From assembly GCA_043228905.1 (NCBI GenBank), contig JBHGNT010000004.1, positions 15,376,001-15,440,000 on the forward strand: 64,000 nucleotides of DNA. The letters run 5' to 3'. How positions within the stretch are numbered: position 1 is the first letter of the stretch; each line of letters opens with the position of its first letter. Shown piece by piece: positions 52,297 to 64,000 of this stretch. The notes beneath the pieces are model-generated. The model was not told the origin of the DNA. It made no database searches and worked only from the letters and a program-made list of their open reading frames with translations. Both the position numbers and the translations under genes were made by a program. Source of the DNA: Azolla caroliniana. Its lineage: Eukaryota > Plantae > Polypodiophyta.

Positions 52297-55200
52297 CGGT
52301 CTAACACTGACATTTCGAATAGTAACTCTATTGACAGGCTGCAAATCCTAAATGAACCTTAAAGAACCGTTCTTTTTAGGTACAATAAACCACTTATTCG
52401 AGCAGGGGGCATTTGATGGCTCCAAGATACCCATTTCTATTTTTTCCTTAAGCAAAGCTATTACTTGTGGTATTTGGGCCCAAGGAACATGGATAAGCCT
52501 TAAATTCCAAGGAATATGCGGAACTGTAAATATAATCATTGGTTCCATAATTGTTGGGTCTACACAACCAATTTCACTAAATTCAAATGCAAATGCTTTC
52601 CCATGACTAGCAATCATATTTCGAAAACATTGTATCTCAACAGGCAAAAGAAAATCATTCTCACCAATTTTTAGTTGATCTAGAGTAGCATTTGTAAACT
52701 TATGACCAATATCCTTAGAATCCCGCAATGTTGGCTCAAACGTGACATTCTTTTTATTTCCATACTATCCATAGGTAGATGCATGGCCACAGGCATTGAC
52801 CTTTTTGTCTATTGTTTTATATTTAGTGTTAACTTTTATTGCATAGTTATTTTTACTTGCTTTTTTAGTATTTTCATGATAGCTATTGCCAACTATTTCA
52901 CTATTAGCTATACAACCATTTTTTTCAATAAAATCAGCAATATGAAGGTACATATCAACAGAATTTACATGAACAAATCTCTTGTCACATTCTTTCTCAT
53001 TCGAGCAATTTTCTAATATTTTGATTGTATCCACATTTGAATATTCAAGAAGCATACAAGAAATTATGTCATCCCTTTCAATCATCCCTAAAGTGCACAA
53101 TGCATCCAACATTTTCATGCTCCCTTTATTTTGTTTATGACTTTCCACACCAAAGTAACAGGTAAATCCATCCATTGTATCAGACAAAGTATTGATTGTT
53201 TTATTAATTGGAAAACATTTTTGCAAGGAAAGAAAAGCTTTGGGACCATTGTGTCCTTGCCCATCAATGATCCTATTTAAACATCTGACTCATAAGATGA
53301 CGTATCATGCTCACATGAGTTAATTCGTAATTCTTCTTTATTTCTATCATGCTCCTACCTAACAATAAGAAATTGAACACTTCTTTTACCATCGGTAATT
53401 CGAATCCTAGCATATGTTGAACCATCTTCAAGGTGTCCATCCTAGAAGATGTGATGTATGGTTGAGACCAAGAGTCACTGGGTATGGCGAGGTCTTTTGG
53501 ATAAAGAAATGTTGCTCCATTAGAACATCTCCAATGGTGACTTTGATGTTTGGGCAAGCTCCATGAAGTTGCTTGGTCGTTGAATTAGCCGACTTTACCC
53601 TCCACCCATGATTTGTTTCCATTGGCCATCCGTTGTTCCTATAAATATCATAAGAAATTAGATTAATTTTGAGCCATGGTCAACTAAGGACACGACCGGA
53701 TCTTCAAGGTTTCCAATCTTCATGGGTGTCTCAGTTGTTGCTCTTGCCCAATGTTTCTTAGCATAGTAGCTTTTTAGCTCTTTCGGCTTCTCTTCGGAGG
53801 TTGTTGTCGCAATAGCTTGTGTACCAACAATGGAAGAGCTTGGTTCACCTTTGAGGACTTCCGCCGTTGCTTTCTTTACTTCACTTCGTGGGTTTTCGGT
53901 GACTTCAATACTTTGTCGTTTTCTTTTAATTCCATCTATTATTGCATCATGAAATTCTTTTTTAGATATGCCCAAAAGTTCCCTCAAGGAAAGTTCCACT
54001 TTGCTATCTAAAATTCTTTCTTCCAATACTTTTTTAAAATCAGTTGAAGCTTCAATATCAGATAATAATTTGAACGAGGGACTCTTCTTATCCTTACCTT
54101 TTTCAATGTCAGGGCTTACCATTTTTCGACTTTTTGTCTCCCTCTTTTTAGCGCTTCTTAGCTCCCTCTTCTTGTTATCTTCCTTTTCTGCCCATTTCCG
54201 TTTCTCTTCGATGATCACTTCATGGGCTTGGGTTGTTGCAATCTTCGCGAAAGCTGAGAGGCCATCCACTGGGTCTTCTCAACTAGTTTTGATTCGGACA
54301 ACATCACCTCCAGACTTCAACTTTTCAAACTCGATTTTACCCTTTCTTGCAGCTTTCAAAATACACGGCCAAAATTCAAATTCAGATCCTCCTTCACCAG
54401 CATGGACGACTGTAGTTGTTGGTTGATAGACAACTTGTGTCCTAGTTATTTCCGCGTCTTCGATGATCCTTCTCATACCACCTCTTCTAAAGTTAGTTCG
54501 GAGAGGTAATTGAGTTTTAGAAGAATGAATCTTACCATCTTTGAAGAATATCACCCCTCTTTTTATCGCTTCTTGATAGTTATCACACCCTCCTCTTGAA
54601 TGGTCGACGCTATCACACCATATGCATCTTCTTTCATAATCTTTTTGGGGTTGTGAGGATTTTTCTTCTTGTAACTTTGCAACATGTAATGAAAGATCTT
54701 TTATATCTTTGATAAGATCGTCCATCACTGTTTCTGGTACCTTGGAAATAGTTGACGGACTCCTAGTATCCTCCCTGATGGTTGTCTTCACTTCATCTTT
54801 CATACCTTTGGCAATCGAAAGATCCTCACACCATTTGACTCTAGTCCAGTGGGTGTAGTCCAGTCTTCAAGGAATGCAACTAATTTTTCTCGATAGGATC
54901 GGTCTAATGCCTTCAAGAATAATATGACCTTCTCTTGTTCCAAAAGAGTCCTTTCGGTCGTCGTTAATTGATTATAATGAGCTTCAAACTCTTTCAACAA
55001 CTCCATCACCGAAATCTTCTTGTCCTCTTTGTCCACCCAATCCAAGAAACTTCTCCTTGATGCTCGGATTGTATCACCAAGCATGTATTCATTTAATAAA
55101 GCTTGCTCAAATGCAACCCAATCATTAGAACTTGTTGCGAGTTCAGAGACTCTATTTCTCAAAGGGAGTTCAACCGTCCTCACAAAATTCATTTGAACAT

Positions 55201-56170
55201 CATGTTGATTTAATCCTTTACTACCCATCTTAGTAACATATACTTGTAAGAATTTAGTTATATTTTTATCTTCAAAGAGACCTATTTTCTCTACAACCTT
55301 GTCAATAGCATGATCAATTCGTTGAAGAGCAGTTGCCCGTTCTTGGCTTTGCATCATTCTTTCAATCATTTGAAGCACCACGTTGATTTGTGGCTCCACA
55401 ACGACTTCTTGGTTGATTCGTGGCTTTGAGACTGCTTGTTGGATCTCCATCTCTCTTAACTTCCCATTTCACATCAGGTTCACCATTGTCACGTCGATCT
55501 CGAAGTACGAGAGCAAACGAAAAGAAAATCGCGTATCTGGGAAGTAAGCACCGAGCTTCTTGTCAAAGAAAGAGGAGAAACGAAAATAACTTGTATTGAT
55601 ATTTGATGATGATTACAAAATATTTCTTGTAAAATAATATAGCTTGTCCCTCCTATTACAATAATATTCCTCGTCTCCTGTTCTCCCCCTCACTCTTTTC
55701 TCTTTCCCTCTTTAAATAGGTGCCCCCATGCATATGATGCATGTGAAGGTACAAAACATGCATGTAGTGCATGAAATGCATGTGATGCATGATTGCCATT
55801 TGGCGTTCATGCATTACATGTGATGCATGATAGACATCCCACGCATTTGAGCTTTCATGTATGAAAATATACATGGCATAAGTACAAACATTAAAGTATA
55901 ACTTTTAAAGAACAAATGACCTTGCCTAATGGCAGTCTGTGCCTTGTGTTTGGTATGTGAGGTTGTGGGTTCAAGTCTCTCGAATGTTATTCAATAAAAT
56001 ATTTTAGTTTATTTTTCTATCGTGAAGCAAATCCTTCACGACACCTAAACCCCTTGACGCTCCTATTCATCGAGGTCTCACACTTTATATAACCTTTTAC
56101 AAAGATTTGAATAAACTCATATAAATTGGTAGAAGTTATTTTCTCATCGTGGCATGGAAACGTCATGACA

Positions 56171-56815
56171 ACAGTCCTCATCGGAGACTGGAACATGAAT
56201 GTGAGGAAACATGTGCGGTCCTCACCAGAGAGAAGAACACCAACGGATGTGAGCGACCATGTGCAGTCCTCACCGGGAATTGGAACACCAATGGACGTGA
56301 GTGACCATGTGCGGTCCTCACCGGGAACTGGAACACCAATGGGTGTGAGTGACCATGTGTGGTTCTCATCGGAGATAGGAACACCAACGGATGTGAGCGA
56401 CCATGTGCAGTTCTCACCGTGAATTGGAACACCAATGGACGTGAGTTATCATGTGCGGTCCTCACCGGGAACTGGAACACCAACGGGCGTGAACGACCAT
56501 GTACGGTCCTCAACAGAGACACGAAAACCAAGGGCGTGAGAGACCATGTACGGTCTTCACCGGAGACAACAACACCAATGGAAATGAGCGACCATGTGCG
56601 GTTCTCACCGGAGACACGAACACTAACGGATGTGAGCGACCATGTGCGGTCCTCACCGGCAACTAGAACACCAACAAGTGTGAGAGACCATGTATGGTCC
56701 TCACCGGAGACGTGAACACCAAAGTGCGTGAGCGACCATGTGCGGTCCTCACCGGAGACATGAACACCAATGGATGTGAGCGACCCGGCATGGTCCTCAC
56801 CGGGAACTGAAACAC
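56171..56815. repeat. 48-bp minisatellite, right part (about 13.5 units)
   Basis: Continues the unit interrupted at 37868. Confidence 0.95.
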
Positions 56816-57445
56816 TTGACGACAATGACGGCTAGGCAAAGTAGTGTGGATGATGACAACAAGAGGGTTGAAGATGATGATGTCGAAGACGAAGCAATGA
56901 AGGAAATGATGTTGACGAAGCAACTTTGGAAGCAATGACTTTGACTATGGCAATAATGGAAGTGGAGAAAGAGATGAAGAGGATAAGAAACATAGAGATC
57001 GAGATGTTGAGGTTCTGAAGAAACACAAAGACACATATACAAAGGATGATAGAAAACACAAACTTGACAGGGATGAAGGTGATAGGAAACACAGATAAAG
57101 TGAAGAAGATAATAAGAAACACATAGATAGAGATGAAAACGGTAGGAAACAAAAGGAGAAGGATGACAATGACAAAAAACGCAAAGATAAGGATGTGGAA
57201 GATGATAAGAAGTGCAGAGATAGGGATGATGATGAGAAGAAACTAGGAGATAGAGATGTGAAGAATGAGAAAAAACTAAGAGATAGAGATGATGATGATA
57301 AGAAACTAGGAGATTAAAGATAAAGACAATGATGAAAAGAAACTAAGAGATAGAAATGGCGAGGAAGATAGAAAATGAAGGGATGATGATGATGGTAACT
57401 CCAGAACCAATGACAGTGACGATGGTAACTCTAGAAGCAAGGGCG

Positions 57446-57784
57446 ATTTCAAATCCTAGGAATTCTTAGAAAGTTCTAGAACTAGAAGGTTCTAGAGGGT
57501 TCTACAATATTCTCCCAAATATTCTACTGCATGTACTTCGACTCACATTATAAATACTTGTAACCTCCTTGGTCCTTTTCAAGGGATTCAAACTGTCAAA
57601 GACACACCAACTGTGGACTCAGACAAAGCACAAATGATTGGGTTATGAGCGACGGGCTACAAACTTGGAAGTCGAAGTGACGAGGCTAGAAACTCAGGAA
57701 GTTGGGAGCGATGAGACGAGGAACTTAAGATGCTGGGAACAATACAAGAGCATAAAACAGAGATGTAAATAAAGGAGAATGACA
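57446..57784 (+). repeat. ~340-bp inverted copy of about 37113-37462, with TATAAATA at 57549
   Basis: Reverse-complement match read directly (agaaagttctagaactagaagg...gatgtaaat). Confidence 0.92.
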
Positions 57785-60700
57785 ACAACTCCATATTTGT
57801 ACGTCCTCTCTACTATAGTGGTCTGTTTTCTTGGGGTTTGTGGACCCCCATGGTTTTTTCCATTTCGGGTTTTCCACGTAAAATATCGGTGTCTTTATGT
57901 TTGCACGTTTTTCTGTCTGTGTACTACTTGATTTCCGCACATGAACACGAACGTGTAATCGGTTGTGGCCGGTCAATTTCTAACAAAGTGGTATCAAAGC
58001 GATGGAAGACTCGTTTGGCGGCATGTTTAAGCTAACCGACTCCAACTACTCAGTGTTGAAGTCGAAGATGAGAGACATGCTCGTGTGCACAAACCTCTAG
58101 CTGCAGGTGCAGTTTGGAGATAAAAGACCAGACAAGATCGACGCAATGACTTGGGAAGTGTTGCATCTGAAGGCGGCCACATATATAAGGTGTTTTATAG
58201 ACATAAGTCTGTTCAACAACTTTGGCGAAGAAATAGAAGTAGACGTGCTATGGAAGAAGATCGACGTCATGTTTGAAAACAAGAACGCCGTGAATTGAGT
58301 CTCAGTATTTCGAAAAATCGTGAGGCTCCCGTATCAAGATGGCTCCAGTATGGCGGAGCACATCAATGCCTTTCAAGGATTGATGAACCAAACCACCTCT
58401 CTAGAAGTACCTCTTGCCGATGAGGTATTAGCATTATTGTTGCTGGGATCCCTTTCAGACAGTTGGGAGACGCTCGTTGTCACGTTGGACAATGCTGGAC
58501 GGGAAGGGAAGCATCTATCCCTAGAGCAGGTGAAGTCGAGATTGCTGAGTGAAGAGGCTCGCCGGAAGGACCGTGAGTCCAATACCGACCAAAAGGCCTT
58601 AGTCATGGAAGGTGACATGATTCAGGGAAGAGGCCGAAATTGGAGTCCCCAGAACCGAGATAAGTCGGGGACCAGGTCGAAGTTGAGGGGGAGACCCATG
58701 TGCTTCTATTGTGGGAAGTTGGGGCACTTCCAGAAAAACTACCAACACTTTCGAAAGGAGAAAGGGGGAGTTGATGGCGTAGAGCCGAAGAAAATCCCGG
58801 ACAGAAAGAACACCTCAGCAATCGTTGCAAGTGAGGAGGAGTTGTTGCTCATTAGTGTGCAAAACGAAGTGAATCTCGCCGGCGAAGAATCAACATGGAT
58901 GGTTGATTCGGGTGCGTCATTCCACCTAACCCTTGACCGAAAGTGCTTGTCATCCTACAGAGTTGGAGATATCAGATCCGTAAAGATGGGAAATGAAGGA
59001 GCATGCCGAATCGTCGGCATTGCATATGTGTGTTTGGAAACCTGAACCGGGTGTAGACTCGTGTTGAGAGATGTACGACACATTCCACAGGTTTGATTGA
59101 ATCTAATATCAGTCGATCGGCTAGATGATGAAGGCTACACGGGTAGCATCCGAAACGATGTCATGATGTTCTGTTGAGGAAGCATGATCGTGGGTCGAGC
59201 CCAGAAAACCAACACACTGTACATAATGAATGCTCGAATATGCTGAGGGGAAGCAAACGTGGCAACTAGCACGGTCAGTGAACTGTGGCATAGGAGGTTG
59301 TGCCATATGAGCCAAAAGGGGATGCGAAAGGATGCTGAGGACAACCTCGTTCCTGAGGTGGAGAACGTGCAACTTGAGAAGTGCACGGATTGCTTGGCCG
59401 GTAAGAGGAACTGAACATCCTTCTGAACGAGGCCCCCGATGAGGAAGAAAATGCCATTGGAACTCATGCATACAGACGTATGCTATGTGGACACGAAGTC
59501 ACATGGTGGTTTGCAGTATTTCATGACCTTCATTGATGACTGTAGCCGAAAGTTGCGGGTTTTCGTGTTGAAGATGAAGGATCAAGTATTATCTGTCTTC
59601 AAAGAGTTCCAAGTGAGGGATGAGAGAGAAACCGGCTGAAAATTGAAGGCGGTCCGAGTGGATAATGGTAGAGAGTACCGTGGACTGTTCGAGGAATACT
59701 GCCGAAATCAAGGAATCCAGCTCGAATATATCGTGCCGAAGACTCCAAAGCAATATGGGTTGGCTGAGAGAATGAACCGGACCGTAATGGAAAGGGTCCG
59801 AAGTATGCTTGCACATGCTAAATTACCGAAGACATTCTGGGCTGAGGCACTGATGACGACATCGTACGTGATAAACCGATCACCCTCAATACCCTTGGAC
59901 GGTGATATTACACAAAGGGCGTGGGGTGGCAAAGACGTATCGTACCAACATTTGAGGGTGTTCGACTGTCTTGCTAATGTGCATGTGGCAAAGGACCAGA
60001 GGGGGAAGTTGGACCCAAAATCTCGGCCATACATATTTCTCGGCTACGACAATGATGAATTTGGCTATCGGCTATGGGACTTAGCCGAGAAGAAAGTGAT
60101 TTGGAGCCATGACATTGTCTTCATGGAGGAAAAGACAATAGTTGATTGGGAGAATGAGAATAAGTCTCCAACTACCGAATCGAACCGAATCGACCCTCGA
60201 CCGAATCGAGTAGAAGCCGAATCGATCGAAATCGAATCTGAGCTAGTCGGCCGAGTTAATACTAGGCAAAATCGAGAACCGACCAAAGAATGAGGGGAAT
60301 TGGTCGAACAAGGAACCGAATTCGACTCGGCTGAAGAAGTTTGGACGGTGATATTCCACAAAGGGTGTGGAGTGGCAAAGACGTATCATACCGACATTTG
60401 AGGGTGTTCGGCTTTCTTGCTTATGTGCATGTGGCAAAGGACCAGAGGGGGAAGTTGGACCCGAAATCTCGGCCATGCATAAGATGATGATGAATTTGGT
60501 TATCGGCTATGGGACTTAGCCAAAAAGAAAGTGATTAGGAGCTGTGACATTGTCTTCATGGAGAAAAAGACAATAGTTGACTAGGAGATTGAGAATAAGT
60601 CTCCAACTACCGAATTGAACTGAGTCGATGCTCGGCCGAATCAAGTAGAAGCCAAATTGATGGAAATCGAATCCGAGCCAGTCGGCTGAGTTAATACTCA

Positions 60701-60816
60701 GCAAAATCGAGAACCGACCGAAGAATGAGGGGAATTGGTAGAACAAGGAACCGAATTCAACCTGGCTGAAGAAGTCGAAGAAGAACCGACCGTGCCGAAT
60801 GGAGGCCGAAGATATC
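57785..60816 (+). mobile_element. Second Tnt1/Tork-like copia (partial 5' LTR to 57984, PBS, gag-PR-INT), interrupted at 60816
   Basis: tttctaaca then TGGTATCAAAGC; MEDSFGGMFKLT; LEVPLADEVLALLLL; CFYCGKLGH; similar to 43628-49018. Confidence 0.92.
59895..60775. repeat. ~440-bp tandem duplication of the integrase C-terminal region
   Basis: ttggacggtgatatt...gctgaagaagt starts at 59895 and at 60341. Confidence 0.92.
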
Positions 60817-63800
60817 TATAAAAAAGGAATAGCGTGCCGAAGCAAGTAGAAAATCAAACACCGAGAATATGCAGGTTTAATGGAGAGCTTGTATATGCAC
60901 AGTACGCGGGAGAGGCAGAGAGACAGAGAACACACAGAGAACTTAATTCAAAATAATACTCGATCTGTATATACACCATGCTCAGTGAGCACCTTTTATA
61001 CAAGCCCTGGCAATAGGGCTGACACAAGTACTGATAGTACTTGACTGCTCATAAGTGAGCCTCAACACTTACTCCCAAAATTATTCCTTACGAGGAATAT
61101 CTCTCTAATGGCCTTCTGGTTTACGCACCGATACGACCATGTTATGCGTACCGATTTACGCACCCAGTCTACGCACTGGATTACGCATTGTATTACGCAC
61201 GAATGTTGAGCTTGTCTCTCAACACTCCCCCTCAAGCTCAACTTGAGGTTCCACCTGCTCCGCCAGATCTACGCTCCGGTTCCTTCTGGCTTCATGCCTC
61301 GCTCGCGCTCCTCGACCCGTTCGATTCCGCGCTCCTCGACCCTTCCGGTCGGCTTGTCTGCTCACACGGCCCTTCTCAGCTTCCTTGTTGTTGCGGTGCT
61401 GGCGCCTCTTCTGCTGCCTTCCCTCCTACTTGGCCCTCAGTTGATTCAGTGTATCCGAATCAAACATCTGAACCGACTCGGCTTCCTCCGATTGCTTTTC
61501 GCTCTCGTCCGAGTTGGTTGTCTCGAACTCGTCTTCAGTCTTCTCGCCCTTGATGGCTTCGTCTCTCCTAGGCTTGGTTGGCTTCAACTCTTCCTTTCGA
61601 CTGCTCCCCTTATGTCCGCTTCCGGAATCTTCCGCAGATCCGCCCTCGGCTTCTTCAGCCGATACAAAATTGAATTCGTCATCCGACTTGGCATCACGGT
61701 CTTCTCTCCCCCTTCCGTGGTCATTCGAGAAGTCTCTCCCCCTCAAGTTCGGCACGTCCAGGTGACGCAACCCAAGCGCACCCAAGAATTGCTGCAACTT
61801 GTCTAGACCAAGAGGCTTGGTGAAGATGTCGGCAGTCTGCCGATCTGTGAGAACATATTGAAGTTCGACTTCACCAGAGAGAACATGCTCATGGACGAAA
61901 TTGTAGTGCACCTCAATGTGCTTAGTCCGGGCGTGGAAAACGGGGTTCTTTGCGAGCTGGATACTGTTGAGGTTGTTACAGTAGATTGTCGTTGGATCGG
62001 ATACCTCCACCTGTAGATCCTTAAGTAGCCGCTTCAACCATAAGGCTTCCCATGTCGCGACAACCGCTCCTCTATACTTGGCTTCGGTGCTCGACAACGC
62101 AACTGTCAGTTGCTTCTTACTACTCCACGCGATCGCGGCACTCCCAAGAGAGAACGCGAAACCGGACGTGGATTGGCGATCGCCGGCATTTCCGGCCCAA
62201 TCAGCATCGGTGTAACTGACCAACTGCGCAGCAGTATCGGCCCGATATAGTAGCCCCTGGTCCTTAGTGCCACTGAAGTACCGGAGTACGTGTTGTGCGC
62301 ACTGAAGGTGCTCCTCGGTCGGTCATGCCATGAACTGACTGATCATCCCGACCGGGTAGTTGAGATCTGGTCGGGTGATGGTCAAGTATATAAGGCTTCT
62401 GACTATCTGTCGGAACCTCGTCGGGTCGCATACCTTTCCAGAATCGGGTCGAAGCTTGACGGTTCTATCCAGAGGAGTCGAGACGGACTTACAATCGGCC
62501 ATCCCGAATTTGAAGAGCATATTCAGCGTGTAATGACATTGGCTGATCAAGATGCCTTCAGGGGTATGGATCACTTCGATCCCGAGGAAGTAGTGAAGGT
62601 TCCCCAGATCCTTCATGTCAAATGATGCCGCGAGTTGGAACTTTACGCGGTCAATTTCACCAAGGTCGGCGCCGGTGATGACGAAATCATCAACATAAAG
62701 TAAGATAATAACCGGCCCGAGTCGATCTCTCCGAATGAATAGTGAGGAGTCCGATTTTGACGTTGTAAAGCCCAATCGACGCAATCGTTGCGTGATCTTC
62801 ACGTTCCAGGCACGCGGGGCTTGCTTTAGTTCATAAAGGGACTTCTTCAATCGGCACACTGCCGAAGTGTTCGTTCCGGAGTGAAATCCGGGGGGTTGTA
62901 CCATGTACACCTGTTCCTCAAGCTCACCTCAGGAATGCATTCCTTACATCCATCTGATGTAAGTGCCACCCCTTTGCCGCAGCTACCGCGAGCAAAACAC
63001 GGACGATCGTCATCTTCGCGACCGGCGCGAACGTTTCATCGTAGTCGATGCCGTGTTTCTGCGCGTAACCTTTCACTACTAACCGGGCCTTGTATCGGTT
63101 GACCGAGCCATCGGTGTTGTACTTGACCTTGTACACCCACTTGCCTCCGATCGACTTCACACCTTTTGGTGCATCAACCAGGTCCTAGGTTTCATTCTCC
63201 GCTAATGCGCGCATCTCTTCCTCCATTGCGGCACGCTAATTCGCGTCCTTCGCCACTTCTGCGTAGCTCTCCGGGTCACGCACTTCCGCTACACACGTCA
63301 TGTACGCATAGTGATGCGCCATGTACTTGTTGTAACCGAACCGCACAACAAGGTTCTTCTGGCGGGTAGATCGGCGTAGTTGCTCATTAGCCGAAGTTGA
63401 GGCTTCCTTGGCCGACACGGACTTCGCTCCCGAAGACCTGTCATCACTTCCCTCGGAGTCGGACTTGCGTCGATCCGACTCGTTCCTATCTGTGCCGTAA
63501 TCCGACACCTTCTTCTTCCCTTTTTCTTTGCGTGTAAGCCGTCTCCTCGGCTTCCTGCGCGGGGAATGTACGGCCGAGTCTCCACTACTCGTTGTCTCCT
63601 CATCGGACTGGTCGAACCGATTTAGTTGTCTATTCGGTCCGCTTAACCAAAACGAAATCAGACTCTCTTCGCAGGTCCCGATTTCATGCTCATCCAGAGG
63701 CATCTCGGCTTCACTGACCTCATCGTCAGAACTCGGATTTGAGGTGAGGTTCGGAGTCAGAGGCAAGTACCAGGACGCGGACTCGTCAAACACAACGTCA

Positions 63801-64000
63801 CGGCTCACGCGCGCTTGTTTGGTGCGAGGGTTATAACACTTATAACCCTTCTGCTCCTCCGAGTAGCCAACCAAGATACACTTCTCGGTTTCGTGTCCAA
63901 CTTCCTCCGTTTCTCCTTTGGCACATGCACATACGCAATGCTACCGAAAATTCTCAAGTGTTGTAGATTCGGCTTCCTTCCGAAATACAGCTCATGCGCT
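60817..64000 (-). mobile_element. Ty1/copia 'family X' copy 3 (3' half; runs off the window)
   Basis: 3' LTR 60817-61224, PPT, RNase H ([17 protein letters not shown]), RT (LLYVDD), integrase C-terminus; homologous to 49020-52296. Confidence 0.95.

Larger units (their letters stand above)
37869..56170 (-). mobile_element. Full-length Ty3/gypsy retrotransposon (non-chromovirus, Phygy/Selgy-like) carrying nested copia elements
   Basis: LTRs 55487-56170 (5') and 37869-38511 (3'); PBS TGGTGAACCTGATGTGAA (55485-55468), 16/18 match to plant tRNA-Trp 3' end; PPT 38512-38521; order gag, CIWCD..DH..GC knuckle, DHGS protease, RT (LPQG, FLDD), RNase H, integrase (AREDL..VEGRAL); 4-bp TSD AAGG/ACAG derived from the array's ACGG. 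Lineage name is inference. Confidence 0.92.

Noticed and set aside
56171-56815. CRISPR array (palindromic 25-nt repeat plus ~23-nt spacers)
   Set aside because: The spacers are variants of one sequence, there are no cas genes, and the context is plant retrotransposon DNA. It is a minisatellite.
36869-57784. Autonomous DIRS, Penelope or Mutator element
   Set aside because: No tyrosine recombinase, GIY-YIG, RT or transposase frames in the unit, no hammerhead core recognised, and no TSD.

Overview
Land-plant nuclear DNA. Long TE-filled introns and a Phygy/Selgy-like Gypsy suggest a non-seed plant such as a fern, but that is inference. The first 25 kb holds two convergent intron-containing genes: the 3' six exons of a CTP:phosphocholine cytidylyltransferase (CCT, + strand, 416-10739, with an 8.6-kb TE-filled intron) and a complete five-exon BAH-PHD histone reader of the EBS/SHL family (- strand, 24575-12952), whose 7.8-kb third intron holds a full-length Ty1/copia element and a LINE fragment. 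From about 25.6 kb to the end is a deeply nested block of decayed retrotransposons. It includes three copies of one copia family, two Tnt1/Tork-like copia, a Gypsy with a tRNA-Trp primer-binding site and 4-bp target-site duplication (TSD) plus two related solo LTRs, a Tat-like gag remnant, and LINE pieces. All TE ORFs are broken by stops or frameshifts. Most interesting observations: (1) a tRNA-like A-box/B-box module conserved in all four LTRs of the Gypsy group, beside an RY-motif-rich Pol II core promoter; (2) an unclassified unit in which a TATA box reads directly into a ~190-bp-arm hairpin, with long inverted repeats, a 48-bp hairpin minisatellite and a charged low-complexity frame; (3) conserved alternative hairpins around the polypurine tract (PPT) and a ~180-aa post-RNase H tail in one copia family; (4) a PIP-box-like motif in a LINE C-terminal extension; (5) CpG in every recoverable TSD.
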